Part shown: positions 24,750 through 37,700 of the stretch, piece after piece
How the letters are laid out: each line of letters begins with the position of its first letter
Numbering within the stretch: the stretch's first letter is position 1
NCBI GenBank assembly: GCA_013239625.1
Contig: MU053645.1
Span: 1,728,274 to 1,792,273 of the forward strand
DNA: 64,000 nt
Source: Lama guanicoe
Taxonomy: Eukaryota
Direction of reading: 5' to 3'
The notes under the pieces: generated by a model
What the model was told of the DNA's origin: nothing
Database searches by the model: none
Seen by the model: the letters and a program-made list of their open reading frames with translations, nothing else
Translations under genes and position numbers: made by a program

Positions 24750-25285
24750 TCCAGTTTTACAGAGATATAATTGACACACAGCACTGTATAAGTTTAAGGT
24801 GTACAGCATAATTATTTGACCTAATACATCATGCAATGATCACCACAAAAAAATTTAGTGAACATCCATCACCTCATATAGATTCAACATTAAGAAATAG
24901 AAAAGAAGTATTTTTTCTTTGTGTTGAAAACTCGCAGGATTTACTCGCTTAACAGCTTTCATATATCACACACATGTGGTATGAAACACATACAGCGGTG
25001 TTAAGTATATTTATCATGTTGTATACTACGTTTTGAGTACTTATTTATATTATAACTGGAAGTTTGTACCTTCTGACTAACTTTGTCTAATTCCCACTCC
25101 CCTCATCTCCCATCTCTCGTAACCACAAATCTGATCTCCTTTTCTATGAGCTTGTTTGTCTGTTTCCTAGTTTGTTTTGAAGTGCAATGGATCCACAACA
25201 CTATATTAGTTCCTGGTACTTAACATAGTGATTCTGTATTTCTATACCTTTCACAATGATCATTATGAGTCTAATTGTCACCTAG
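24750..25285 (-). mobile_element. L1 3' end fragment (L1MA9-like)
   Basis: gagatataattgacacacagcactgtataagtttaaggtgtacagcataa...ataactggaagtttgtacct. Confidence 0.75.
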
Positions 25286-26094
25286 TTACACGAGACACAC
25301 TGACTTGCACAAATGCTGTCTTCTCTTACCATTCTTCACTCCAACCTTGTCATATCTATCCGTAGGCCTAGAACCACAGAGTCTCTTGTCTTTTCTAAAT
25401 TCCTCGACTTTAACCGCGGTGGAAACTTTGTTCTGCTGCATTTTCCTCAGCTTATTTATGTAGCCAGGCCACATTGCAGGGACCTAGCGAAATAACACCA
25501 ACATAGATAGAGCATTGCTTGCCTAAGCCAGCAAACCAGAATGATCAGATCAAACCACCCTGGACATATTGACGAAGCTGCAGTTTCCCACACAAATCCA
25601 AAACAGTGGTGTTTGAGGAACTGCAATAAAAAAACCCCTGTAGTATATATTCTTCTACTCCTTTTGGTGTCCTTTTTGGGGAAACACAGACAGCATATAT
25701 AGTGTAAAATCTAATGAATTCAGATTCCACTCATTTGTAACTGTTGTAAATCAGACAAAGGGAAAAGTAAAATGATTAAACTTTAGGATAGTTTCCTTTT
25801 CAGTGTTCATTTAAAAGAAGGAAATGATTTCAGCTAACATCAAGCAATTTATACAATGCTCTCATATACACATTTCACATATTACAGATAGGTTTATATT
25901 TATACATAAATCTCAAATGGATTTCATTAAATGGACTCCTTTTTTGACTGGCTCTAATTACTCATAGTATTTGAAATTATTTACCTGGCATTTCCAAAAC
26001 ATTTCTTATGATTTCAGCTTTTCAGTACCTGGGGCTGTTTGCCAGATTTTTTGAATCAGGGAGGCTGAACCCCATATTTCTTTCCGTTGAGGAG

Positions 26095-26320
26095 CCTGGC
26101 AGGTGACCAGAACACAGAGCCTGGAGCCAGATGGCCTGTGGGCAACTCTTGGTTTGCTACCTACAATATCTGTGACCTCTTGGCCAACTGATTAATTTAA
26201 TACCACTATACTTCAATCTTCTCACTGTAAAGTTCTGTAACAATACCTAACCTATACAGTTACCTCTCTAGGTGAGTTATCCTTTTAAAGTGCGTGGCAA
26301 GTAGTAATCACTATACACTT
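26095..26320 (+). mobile_element. MIR SINE
   Basis: ctggagccagatggcctg...tgtgacct...cttcaatcttctcactgtaaag...taacaatacctaacc. Confidence 0.55.
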
Positions 26321-27934
26321 GTTCTTCCCAAATTAACAACTAAAACTCAATAGATTTGCTTTAATTTCATTTAGACCTACATGAGACTGAAGTCAACAGT
26401 GCTTGCCTGTACCCACTATTTAGGCTCTTACAGTAGTTTCTACAGTATCCCCAGGATTGTGGTTTTGGGGAGGACTTACTGCATCATTATGTATTTAATT
26501 CCACGTGTTATCTGGAGAAAAATGAGATAAAATTAACACATTAAAGAGGGATGGGAGTAAGTAAAGCCCAATCTTGTGTGCTGTGGAAGGTCACCTGGAG
26601 GCACCAACGTCGTGTGGAGGGGACCAGAAACGTGGGCAGTCTCAGATCTCCAGTTCTCCTGAAACAAGCAGATCAGAGGGAACTCTCCTGTCTTCGGCCC
26701 CTAATTTCAGGAAGCTAAGTCATCTCAGGCACAGGAATATTGTGGGTTCCAAAGGCCGCGGGCCCATGTGGGTGCTGCCATCATGTGGACAATAGTTACG
26801 TGGCAGGCCCAGCCCTACTTGTCCTGTCAGCACCAAGCCAAAGATTATGTGGCCCTGTTGCTGCTATGACCATGAGGTAGATCCAGCTCTTCAAGTCACT
26901 AGAGTACTGTGGGCTCCTAAACCCTGCCTGTCACGTGGATCCTTCTCTCATGTGACCCCTAGTAGCTACCAGCATGTGGAAGCTTCGACCCTTGATATCA
27001 CATTGGTGATCTACTGCTTAGGTCATGGATGCTATGGTCTGGTACCCCTCTCTCCAGGGTACATGACCAGTTCAGCCGTCTCTGTCATGTGAAGGTTGTG
27101 GGCAACGAAACTCTGTAGATCCACATATAGGCAACAATGTGGCTCCCACCACACGCGGCAGACAAAGCCCTAGCAGTCACGTGAGCGCAGCAGCTTCCCT
27201 ATCGCTGTTGGTCAAGTGTCTCCTATGGTCAGGTGCCAGGATGTGGTTACATGAGACTCAGGCCTTTCAGGCACATGAAGATCGAGGGCTCCTGAACTCA
27301 CTGGTTCCCGAGGTGATGGGACCGCCTATGGCCGTGCACTAGGGTGCGTCCCTTGAGTGTGGACGTGTAAGGAGAGTCTACTGAGCTATAGCCCGGCTTG
27401 GCTTTCAGCGGAGTCAGACGTATAGGTGCAGAAGACCGTTAGACCTGTGGGGGCGCTCTAGCTCAGGGGGAACTCTGACGAGACTCGGGCTCGGGTACTA
27501 ATCTTTCCACCCACTATTCTATCCCTCCGTGGTGGGCGGTACTCGGGTAGGAGGGGCACCCACTGGTACTAGAAGTTTACTCAGAGAACTGGGCTTCTGG
27601 GGCGCCCAAGCGACCTCAGACCAAGGCCTGGCCAAAGAGCAGAGGGCCCCAGAGCGGACTGGATGGAGGTAGAGGGATGGCTTCCGAGCCTGGCCTAACT
27701 CATACACCTGGCAGAGAAAGCCTGTGGGTGTGTGACCTAAACTTGGACCCACAGGAGCTGTTGTCGGCAGAGAGTAAAGTGGAGGAGGACAATGTCCTTC
27801 CTCGAAGGGTGGGATGGCTGCGGAGGGGCGGCAGTGATTCATGGACTTTATATCATCTCTCAGCAGCAGGGCCCTGGTTCATCATGAAGGTGGCATTGAA
27901 TGAGTAAAGTTGAGCAAATAGTATCCTGCTAATT

Positions 27935-29190
27935 TGTGATGAAATAAAAATTCACATTTCAAGACAAGATAAGAAAAATTTAAACATAAAACTTTTCCTC
28001 TGCCCTTCGGCATCCTCTCTCCCCTCTAGTGTGCACCTGCTTTATGTGTTAACCAAACCTCCTCAGTGGCAGAAATATGCTCAACCATAAAGATCAATTT
28101 TTCTTCTGGTGCCAGCCATGTAACTCCTTAGAAGATAACATTCCTTTCTCAATCCTGTAAGGGATCACTATGACCCCCCTCTCACCTTGTATGTACAGAT
28201 GTTTTTGGTGAACTTTATGTATAATATGCAAATGTACTTATGTACAATATGCAAATATATCATCTCCTTTAAAGATAGTGATTGGTGCAGAACAGACTAG
28301 TCAGAAAACTAAGATGTCTATTCATCTTGACAAGCAGCAACCTTCTATTGAGATGTGTGGGGAGATACTGGACCATACTTAAGGGAAGTTCTTAGCTTAA
28401 ACACTTATGACCTTATTGATGTTACTAGCTATATTACTTGTATTCTGCCTATTTTACAAGATTATTGTTTCTCACATTACTGAATGTGTGACTGTGTCTC
28501 TGATAAAATGATGACTAGGTGACTTGAAACGGTTGACCAAATATATAGTTCTATAAGAGCAATGATTGTAATAGTGTAACCCTAGATATGGGAAGAAGCA
28601 ACAAGAGGGAATCATTTCATGGACCATAACAGACTAGTAAGACAGGTGGTCCAGAGGCTTTTGGTTACTGTTAATAGGGCCTAGTCCAGTAATAGCCCAT
28701 CGAGTGGCCTATCAATGAAATCCTGGCCTGACCTAGGAATAAGCATTCCTAACAAGTGAGACAAAATGGTCATGAAATGTCTCCCAAACCATGGTTGAAT
28801 TTATGACCATGGAGCAGTTGGGAGTGGGGCCAACTGACAGCAAAAAAATGTCACTCACCATCTAGTTCTACAAGAATGAAGTCACTTAGCCACTGCAGTC
28901 ACTGACCTTTAATACACACTGAAAGGAGTTCAGGAATAAGGTACTCTGTGCTCTGGGAAAATTGGTAGAACAGTCCTTCAGATAATTAGATATTTTCAGG
29001 AGAAAAATTTATGAACTCAATTTCTTGCATCTTCTCATACCTAGAAAAGCACTTAAAAGCACTTAAAACATTTAACAGAGACATCTGTTCCTTGTGAATA
29101 GCAGCAACCTTCTGCCTGGGCTATCAGTAAATTCCCAAATAAAACTGAACTCAGAACTCTTACCTTGTCGATTTTTTTTTTGAGCCAACA
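27935..29190 (+). mobile_element. Long solo LTR-like element (ERV1-like, family uncertain)
   Basis: TG...CA ends (tgtgatgaaataaaaatt ... ttttttttgagccaaca), AATAAA ~50 nt from the 3' end. No clean TSD found. Confidence 0.5.
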
Positions 29191-29685
29191 ATTCATGCCT
29201 ACTAATATGAGTAGACTCAAAATTTCAGATAATAACAAATGGTGAGGATATGGTGAATTCAGAACTCTCACACATTGTGGGTAGGAATGTAAAATGGTCA
29301 ACCATTTTGGAAAACAGTTTGGCAGTTCCTCAAATGATTAATCCTATTGTTGCCATGAACTTTGAAAACATTAGGCTAACCAAGAAGCCAGTCCCAAAAG
29401 AACACATATTATATGTTTCATATATACGAAATGTCCAGAACGGGGAAATTTAGAGATAGGTACTATGTTCGGTTGCTTTGGCCTGGAGAGGATGGGAGGA
29501 TAGGGGAGTGACAGCTAAAGAGTACTTTTTGAGTTTCTTTTTGAGGTGATGAAAATGTCCCAAAATTGACTGTGGAGATGGTTGTATGTATCTGTGAATA
29601 TAGTAAAAATCATTGAAGTGTATGCTTTAAATGGGCAAATCTTGTGGTATGTGGATTATAGCGCCATGATGCTGTTTTAAAAAGA
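29191..29685 (+). mobile_element. L1M 3' end fragment
   Basis: gggtaggaatgtaaaatggtcaaccattttggaaaacagtttggcagttcctcaa...gaggtgatgaaaatgtcc. Confidence 0.75.
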
Positions 29686-30985
29686 CATAAATAGAGTCTT
29701 AACCAGATTTGGTTATTAATTGAATATGAGAGACCATGAAGAGGGATTCAAGGATTATGGTCAAGTCCTGGGTTGGCCAATGGGTCGACACTAAGACAGA
29801 AAACAAAGGGGGAAAGAAGCAGGTCTAAGGTGAGAATAAATGACTAGAGATAGGGAGACAGCTTATATAGAAACTTAAAAGCTTTTTGAGAGGGACAGAA
29901 TCACAGCCTCTTTTGAGAATCTGCTAAGAAGTATGGCCTCTCTTCCCACAAAAAATATGAATATATTACCACCCCCAAAACACACATACAGATAATTATG
30001 AATAACATTTAAGGTGTTCCACAGACTTCCATGCTTGAATTCCTAATCTAAGGTTACTCAGGATGGTCAGCAGAGAATGTTCCTTGGACCCTGGCATAAG
30101 TGAGCAATATCAGGGTGGCTATGGACTGGCAGATAGGGACCCTACAGCAAGGCTGGGTTCTTCCTGAGTGCCCTGGAGGTAAGGAGGTTAGGGTGAAGAT
30201 CCCAGCTCTCTGCACTTCCTAAGCCAGGTGAGAGATAGCAGAAGTTTCCAGGGAGGCTTCTATGTGGACAGGGTTGAAAAAAAGGAAAGAGCAGGCTGAC
30301 TTGGGAGTCTCTCCCCACAGCAATTACTTCTCTAGAATTCTTGGGATTCCTCACCACAGAGGTGTAGAAGAGCCCCATCTGGTGTCCAGTATGAGAACAA
30401 CACCCCCCCCCACCTATCTGGGAGGTGAGTCACTAGGTAGGACTTTGGGGAAGAAATGGAGGGTCAGAACCAAGGGAATTTACTCAGGTCATGATCTCAG
30501 TTACCTGTCCATCTATATTTTTGGGGTAAATAACAGTCAGGAGCCTGAAGGCAGGAAATGAGAGAATCTGGAGTGTGGCAGCAGGAAGACCAGCACCTTT
30601 CCAACCCCTTGACAGGGCAAAGGTGATCTGACTATCTCAGCATCCCTCAGCCTGCCTCAGTCTCAAAGCTCTTCCCTTGGCTTAGGTCTCCAAAACCATC
30701 ATTAGTAATAGCCATTAAATTTCAGCAGATGACTTCAGTTGCCAGCAAATGCTTTTCCATATTTAATGTTTATTATAATAGAATAGAATAGAAATGTTTT
30801 TCAATAAAACTTGGAATTTGTCCCAGAAAGAAAAAACGTGGATTATTTACATAAAATGGCCGAGATTTTGAAGGAGAATTAATAAAATGGCTACACTTAG
30901 GCTAACAGATTGCTTATTCTTATGCTTGCCTTTAAAAGGTCAACAAAACTGACTGGCCAGTTATTTCTCACAGCTCCAGGCCCAT

Positions 30986-31464
30986 TGTTAAAACTAAAGC
31001 TATTGATCTTACTGTTTCTGCTTTATTTCAGTAATCAAAAGTTATAATCATACTTGGTCTCTGAGTCGTTCTCCAGGGAGAAGTTCACGGGACTGTAACC
31101 TTACAAAATAGCCTGAATTACCAAGAAGACCACGCCTTGGGCGCTCATAAGATAAAGAGATGGAAAGAGCGACAACCACTAGCCTGTTCAGACTTGGTCA
31201 CCCGGAGACAGCATGATGCCACTCAGAGTCTTATGAGAAGAAAATAATTCTGTTGATTGTTATCCATGCTTTATAGTTTAAGCTATGGCTGTATAACCAC
31301 CCCACCTCATCCCCAAGATAGGTTCACAGTTTTAAAGGCACTAGCCTGCTGTGAGTCCCCTTTGCCCAGCAAAGCAATAAAGCTGCCTCTTTTCTTCTAA
31401 GCTCCAAGACCCTGTCTCTGAGTTATTTGGCTTGTCAGGGACGGGGGCCAATTTTTCGGCAACA
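30986..31464 (+). mobile_element. ERV1-type solo LTR
   Basis: U5-like end gcaaagcaataaagctgcctctttt...ccctgtctctgag...aatttttcggcaaca. The 5' boundary is uncertain. Confidence 0.65.
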
Positions 31465-31939
31465 ATTTGACAGACTTCTTCTTGAAGATTTACTTCACAG
31501 AGCATTTTCAAAACACCAACTGTGTTCAGGAAGATTTCCCCCTTTTTTAGCCCATAAAATTCTGAAACAAGGTAGAATATTCTAAAACTGGAGTGCAACC
31601 CACAAAAAATATTTTCTGTGTGGTGCAAGAGAACAGAAACAATGATGGTTTTTTAACTTCCCCAGGATGAAGCATGTCTTTTAAAAATGAACTTTCATAA
31701 TTTTCAGGTTTCTGAGGCATGTTGATTTTTAAAAAGGAAATAAAGAGAAATTATTAGGAAGCAAATATACAGCTACAGAGAACAGGAGAAAAAAGGCAGA
31801 AAAGGCCAAAGTCAATGCCAAGGCCTTGGAGTGGTGGGAAGGGAGATGTAGACCTTCCTTGGTAACCAGAGAAGGGCAAACCCCAACCGTAGGGCAGTGA
31901 GGCCACTTGTGAGCCCTCAGATTGTAAAGAACTGAGTTG

Positions 31940-32300
31940 AGTGACGGGCCTCACGGAAGCTGGGTGGAGCGGGAGATAATGCGCGCGGAGGGTAAGGGGG
32001 AAGGTCCTGTCGAACTCCCCGTCGGCCCTGGGAGTGGGGGCTGGGGAGGGCGAGCTCGGCGGTGACGCGAGGCCCTCACGTGACCGGGAGCTGCAGAGCG
32101 ACGCAGCCTTCGGTGCAGTCGTCACTCCTGTCTGGGTACCAGCTCCCCACTGCCCTGCGCGCGGCGGGCTGGCATCGGGCCCAGGGAAAGCGGAGCAGGT
32201 AAGGGCCCTGGGGCCCGTGTGCTGACGCCAGGGAGGCAGCGGCCCGGGAACGCCAGAGGCCCGCGCAGGCGATCAGCGCAGCGAGTCCCGGCCACCTCTC
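31940..32300 (+). promoter_or_regulatory. BEX2: BEX CpG-island promoter and non-coding exon 1 (donor after 32198)
   Basis: Dense CpG; GTGACG and TCACGTGAC (E-box, ~32076-32084); donor GCAG|GTAAGG at 32198/32199; layout typical of BEX/TCEAL (BGW) promoters. Confidence 0.8.
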
Positions 32301-32465
32301 TCCACACCCCAGCATTCCCAGAGCACAAATAGGGGCTCCCTGGGGTGGGGGTGTAGAGGCCATGGGGTTCTAGGGAGGGCAGCAGAGTAACTAAGAGCGA
32401 TGGGAAATCACCCCCGAGTTCCTGTGGTGAAATGGTGAACCCAGGAAGGGGGTGGGGATGGGGGC

Positions 32466-32502
32466 NNNNNNNNNNNNNNNNNNNNNNNNNNNNNNNNNNN
32501 NN
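32466..32502. other. Assembly gap (37 N)
   Basis: Run of n after a G-rich tract in BEX intron 1. Confidence 0.99.
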
Positions 32503-32516
32503 CTCTAAATGTCAAG

Positions 32517-32579
32517 TTTTGCAACGACGCACTTGCATCGAGAATCCGGAGGAGGAGGAGACAGAAAGGATAGGCCCAG
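32517..32579 (+). other. BEX2: BEX non-coding exon 2
   Basis: gcatcgagaatccggaggaggag...aaggataggcccag|GTTGGT resembles BEX1/2 exon 2. Acceptor AG at 32515-32516 lies next to the gap and is uncertain. Confidence 0.6.
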
Positions 32580-32769
32580 GTTGGTGCAGGGGACAGTGGT
32601 GGGGGTCAGGTGAAGAGCCCAGTCAGACCCCCTTCCAGCTTCTCCATGCCCGGTCCTCCATTTTGGTGTCTGAAGAGGCCTGGGGGTGGATCTGTAGGGG
32701 AAATGCTTGGTTTGGGAGGAGGGAGGGGAAAGAAGTGAGAGGGAGGGGGGTAGGGCTCAGACTGGGTAC

Positions 32770-32783
32770 ACCCTAGAGGGCGC
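32770..32783 (+). promoter_or_regulatory. CTCF-like motif in BEX intron 2
   Basis: ACCCTAGAGGGCGC matches 12/14 positions of CCASYAGRKGGCRS; motif only. Confidence 0.35.
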
Positions 32784-32845
32784 ACGAAGCCTTTCAGGTG
32801 GGAAAATGAAATTTAAAAAATAAGCTTTGATATCCAGACGTCTGA

Positions 32846-33319
<474 letters not shown>

Positions 33320-33542
33320 ATCCTGATGTTTTCCCTGAAGTTGATAGGGAAACACACCTGCTTCCTAAACTTACATGTTCATGATGTATCTTTGTTGTAA
33401 ACCTTTTGATGTCATTCGTTTCTGGTGGGTCTCTTATTACCAGTTTCTAGATGAGTGTGTTTTTGACCCAGTCTGTAAGATTTTGTTAGCACGAGAATTT
33501 TACCTATTGCATGGCAAAATGTTCATTATATACTGTGAAGTC

Positions 33543-33548
33543 AATAAA
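33543..33548 (+). terminator. BEX polyadenylation signal
   Basis: AATAAA ~220 nt after the stop, followed by a GT/T-rich downstream element. Confidence 0.8.
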
Positions 33549-34334
33549 GCAGTTAAAAAAAGCAATCTCTGTATGTATCCTTTTTCCCCCCTTCTTTTTG
33601 AATTAGCTTTTTTTGAATTGAAGTATATTCACTTTACAATGTGTAAATTTCTGGTGTACAGCATAATGTCTCAGTCGTATCTGTATGTGTTCTTTTTACT
33701 TCAGATCTAATATTTATCTCATAGGTGAAGAGAAAAGTGCTGAAATTAAATGTACCGAAGGATTAATACAGCAACTCATTCCTGTGAGATGGGTTGATGT
33801 GTTTTCTTTTATAAATTCTGTAGTTTGAGAAGAAATGCAGACTATTTTTAATGACTTTATGAAAGCAGTAGGGTTACTTAATACATACTTGGTCATGAAA
33901 TTTGGATCTTTTTGTCAGAAGAATAAGTTTTTGTCAGGAATTCTTTATAAATTAGGGACAATATTTGCTTCACATGACTGTGAAACAAGGCCAGGGGTGT
34001 GTGAGCTGTGTTTACCTATTTTTGGCCCCATCCCCATCTATCAGGCACGACCCTCTTTCCCCAGGTTTTTCCTTCAAATATTTAGCAGAGTCCCCAAAGA
34101 TAACTCTCACCAGTCCAGTATCCCTCCTCCCCCCTTAGGACTGAAGCTTCTGCCAGTCAAGGTGTGAGTTCTACTTGACAAAAGGTAGGCGCATAGCAAA
34201 ATACAATTAATAACATTTGAGTCAGGAGCTCTTGAGTTCTTGTCTCAGTTTAGTCCCTGAATAAAATAACCTTGAATATGTAGCTTCAATTCTCTAGAAG
34301 AGATTACTTGCAATTCTTAAAGGAACACTGAATT

Positions 34335-34500
34335 CATTTAGTGTTTCTAAAAGTAAGCTGATCAGCCACCTGTGTGAGAATCACCTGAGGACTTTCTTGA
34401 AACTGTGGACTCCTGGTCCGACCCTAAATCTACTGAATGGAGCTTGAGAACTTCCATTTTTAGCAAACTTCCCTGGTAATTCTGATGCACATTAATGTCT
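34335..34500. mobile_element. MER5-like hAT MITE
   Basis: agaatcacctgagg...tctactgaat...tttttagcaaacttccctggtaattctgatgcac. Confidence 0.65.
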
Positions 34501-34903
34501 AAATGGCTACAGGTGTGTATGTATATATTAAGATCTCATTTCTTAAATAGGAACCATACTAATGAGAAAACAAAGAATACTAGAATTCATTGGAGAGAAG
34601 CATTAAAATGCAAAGGATAAGAAAATTTAAGAGACCTTTAGATTTACTACATAAACATTAAAATAGAAAGTATGTACACTAAAAAGTTAACAGTGGTTAT
34701 CTCTTGTGGGATATTGAGTGACTTTTCTTCTTTGTACTCAACTACATTTTTTTCTTAAGGAATATGGATTACTTGTGCAAAAAAGAAATGAAAGCCAATA
34801 CTAATCCAAATCCAAAGAACACTTCAATGAGCTTATAAATGCAATGGAGGCACTTAAAATTCTCATTGACAGAAAGCTATGTAGATTTCAAGTTACCCAT
34901 GGA

Positions 34904-35422
34904 TGTGGTATTCATGGCTTGGTTTAATTGTCTCTCCCATTGGATGTGGGCAAAATCACTAAATCTTACTTCCAATCAGTAGAACAGCAAAAGTGATGCA
35001 ATGTTACTTCTGTGATTGTGTTATAGAAGATTGTGACTTCTGTCTTGCTAGGAGACTCCCTCCCTATCACTTACTCCTTTGCTAGCTTTGATGAAGCAAG
35101 TTGCCATGTTGGAGAGGCCCATATGGCAAAAAAACAGAGCATCTTACAGCCAACAGGCAGTGAGGAACTAAGAACTGTCCTATAGCCTTTGAGGGCAAAA
35201 AACATAAGTGAATTTGGAAGCAGATCCTTCCCTACTGAAGCCTTCAGATAAGACTGTGGCCCTGGCCAGCATATTAACTGCAGATTTATAAAAGACCCTG
35301 AGGCAAAAGACACAGATAAGCCCACCCAGACTTCTGATTCACAGAACCTCTGGGATAATAAATGTGTGTGGTTTTAAGTTGCTAAGTTTTGGGGTAATTT
35401 GTTACACAACAATAGCTAATAC
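34904..35422 (+). mobile_element. MaLR solo LTR (MLT1E/F-like)
   Basis: Ends ataataaatgtgtgtggttttaagttgctaagttttggggtaatttgttacacaacaatagctaataca, the canonical MLT1 terminus. Confidence 0.85.
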
Positions 35423-35879
35423 AGTATGTATCTCTAAAGGATAATGATGTTTTAAAAACATAACCACAGTACCATAATCACAAATAAATATATACAACAA
35501 TTATTTAATATCCAGTCATTGTCCAAATTTCCAGTGGTCTAATTTTTAACTCCAAACTATTTAAACTGACAAAAAATAAATTGGGCTCCTGAGCAACACT
35601 ATTGGCCTTGTCTAGATTGCAAGTGCCTGGAACAACCTAATGTAAAGTTTTCTATTAGGAAGCTAAAAAGTGTGTGTTTGAAAAAGTGTCTCATATCTAA
35701 CATAGATCTGGATCCATGAACTCTGAAAATCTAGCAAATGCTAAGAGAAAAACTGGTCTGTTCTATGTAATGAAAATATAGGGTAGAGTGAGGGTCAGGA
35801 AGGGGCATCATACAAACAACTTCATAGCCCAAAACAGTCATTTGAGATTCTGACACTTGCATTTTGTAGAAGTCCTGTA

Positions 35880-36200
35880 AAACAGCTATATTTGATCAAA
35901 TTTGCCAAACTAATTCATTTAACTCTAGAAGGAAAAGCATTTGATAGAAAAAGTGGATGTCAGGCTGACCATGTTGGAAAGATGCAGGCATAAATTATCA
36001 GATTATCAATCACCCTTGTGGTTTGGTAAATACCTGCAAAAAAACTTCTATTACTGTGTTACAGTTAGAGGAAGCATGGGGCTGAGATAACAGGATGAAC
36101 AAGCAGGTATATGAAATCATTTTATCATATAGTTTGATTGCATAAGAAATGGAGTATGTTACTAAGAAGCCTTTTTTATTTCAAGAAACACAAAATTTAG
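35880..36200 (+). mobile_element. Highly decayed RTE-clade (L4/MamRTE-like) LINE reverse-transcriptase relic
   Basis: Frameshifted motifs in RT order: KAFD (35934), KDAGINYQIINHPCGL (35978), VTVRG (~36058), IRNGV (36142). Confidence 0.4.
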
Positions 36201-36997
36201 AGGACTAATTTAAGTACATGGAGGATATGATTTGTGGGTTGCCAGGACCTCAAATCTTAAAAATGAGGATGCCCTCTGAAAGTTTTAAATGGATAAATCT
36301 GATAGACAATGAACATGGCTTTCCATCTCTGTGAATAACAAATTATCTGTGAATGTGATACTGAAAAAGTTGCAAAGATCTAGTACTCCAATCAGTATCA
36401 TTTGGGAGTTCTCCAATGGAGGCAAGGCCATGGAAATACTTCAGGAAGGAAAATGATAACAATAATATGCCCATATGAAGCAGGGTCTTGTAAATCCTTT
36501 AAGTGACTTGAAGTTAAAACAGGTAGAAATCCAAGGGAACATTTTAGAAGATATTAAGGAAGAAACTATGTAATAGACGGCATAAATGAGGCATAAGACA
36601 GTAGGAAAGATGCAAAAATGGGGAAAAAATAATGCAAAATGAGCTGAAGGGGGTTCTGACCATAATATCCAGCTGGCCCAGTAAGGAACATGCATTCAGA
36701 AAAGATATTAACGAATGCATACTCAAGGTACTAAAAATAGATCTCTTTAATAATAAAAGTAATTTCAGTTCATGCACAACTAGGAAATAAAGTTGTCTTC
36801 TGAATATTAAAGGAGTAAAATTCACCATACACACTATGAATCAACGTAATAAGCTAAAGGAGTTAATCTAAAAGTTTGGGTTCCAGAAAATAACAGTAGA
36901 TACAAAACCAAGGAAAAAAGTAGATGGGCATATAAGCTACCTAACACCTACAGCAATCCCCAGACAGAAAAAATCAGATGCATAAGCAGTGTCAAAG

Positions 36998-37201
36998 CCA
37001 GTGGTATGCTGATAAACTAAATGTTAAACAACTGGGTTTCCAGTAAACTATTTGTAGTGTTAGCCTATTTCCACTGTGTAAATACTCCTAGTACAGCTGA
37101 TTTTCAGCTACCAGCATGATGTCACTTAATGCAGAGTTGAGAAGAGAGATGCACAATTAGCTGTCCTGAGCCAGTAAGAGCCAACTTCAGCTCACCACTG
37201 G
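36998..37201. mobile_element. MER63-like hAT-Blackjack MITE
   Basis: Terminal inverted repeats ccagtggtatgctg ... cagctcaccactgg. Confidence 0.75.
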
Positions 37202-37386
37202 CTCAGAGCCCTCCCTTACCAAGTTGGTTAAAACAGGGCCAATACTATACAAGGAAAACAAAAGATAAGAATGAGAAAAGGAAATGCCTCTTATAAAGGA
37301 GATGAGCATAAAGGAGGGAAAGATAAAAGAAACAGACAGAGGCCCAGTGTATGCAGGATTCTGTGAGTTAAAAGGGACTAGAGGAT

Positions 37387-37420
<34 letters not shown>

Positions 37421-37462
37421 GGAGAGAGACAGAGAGAGACAGAGAGACACAGAGAGAGAGAG
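37387..37462. repeat. Compound (TG)n(GA)n microsatellite
   Basis: Directly visible. Confidence 0.9.
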
Positions 37463-37514
37463 ACTGGTAGATTACCTAGGCATGGATACTTTAGGCAATT
37501 TAAAGGATTTTTCA

Positions 37515-37700
37515 TAAAGGCACAGACTTTGGTGTCAGGTAGACCTTAGTTCAAATATTGGCACCATCACTTACAAGTTTTGTGACCTTAAACAAAGTTG
37601 ATCAATCTCCTTTACTTTCATTTCTCTTATCTATAAAATGTGGAAAGTGTTTAGCAAGATGCCTGCCATATCCTAAGCTCTCAGTAAATGTTAGCTATTG
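37515..37700 (+). mobile_element. MIR SINE
   Basis: cagactttggtgtcaggtagaccttagttcaaat...tgtgacctt...tttctcttatctataaaatg. Confidence 0.7.

Noticed and set aside
25286..25474. Minus-strand VEEFRKD..DMTRLE resemblance to TCEAL7/9 (LEEFKED..EMTREG)
   Set aside because: Short, needs a frameshift, and the flanks do not extend the match; insufficient without an alignment.
26574..26795. FRKLSHLRHRNIVG resembles a kinase subdomain
   Set aside because: No HRD, DFG or other kinase motifs follow in the frames I read.
36285..36335. INLIDNEHGFPSL resembles filovirus NP NNLEHGLFPQL
   Set aside because: Surrounding translations and motif spacing do not fit NP; a LINE RT relic explains the region better.
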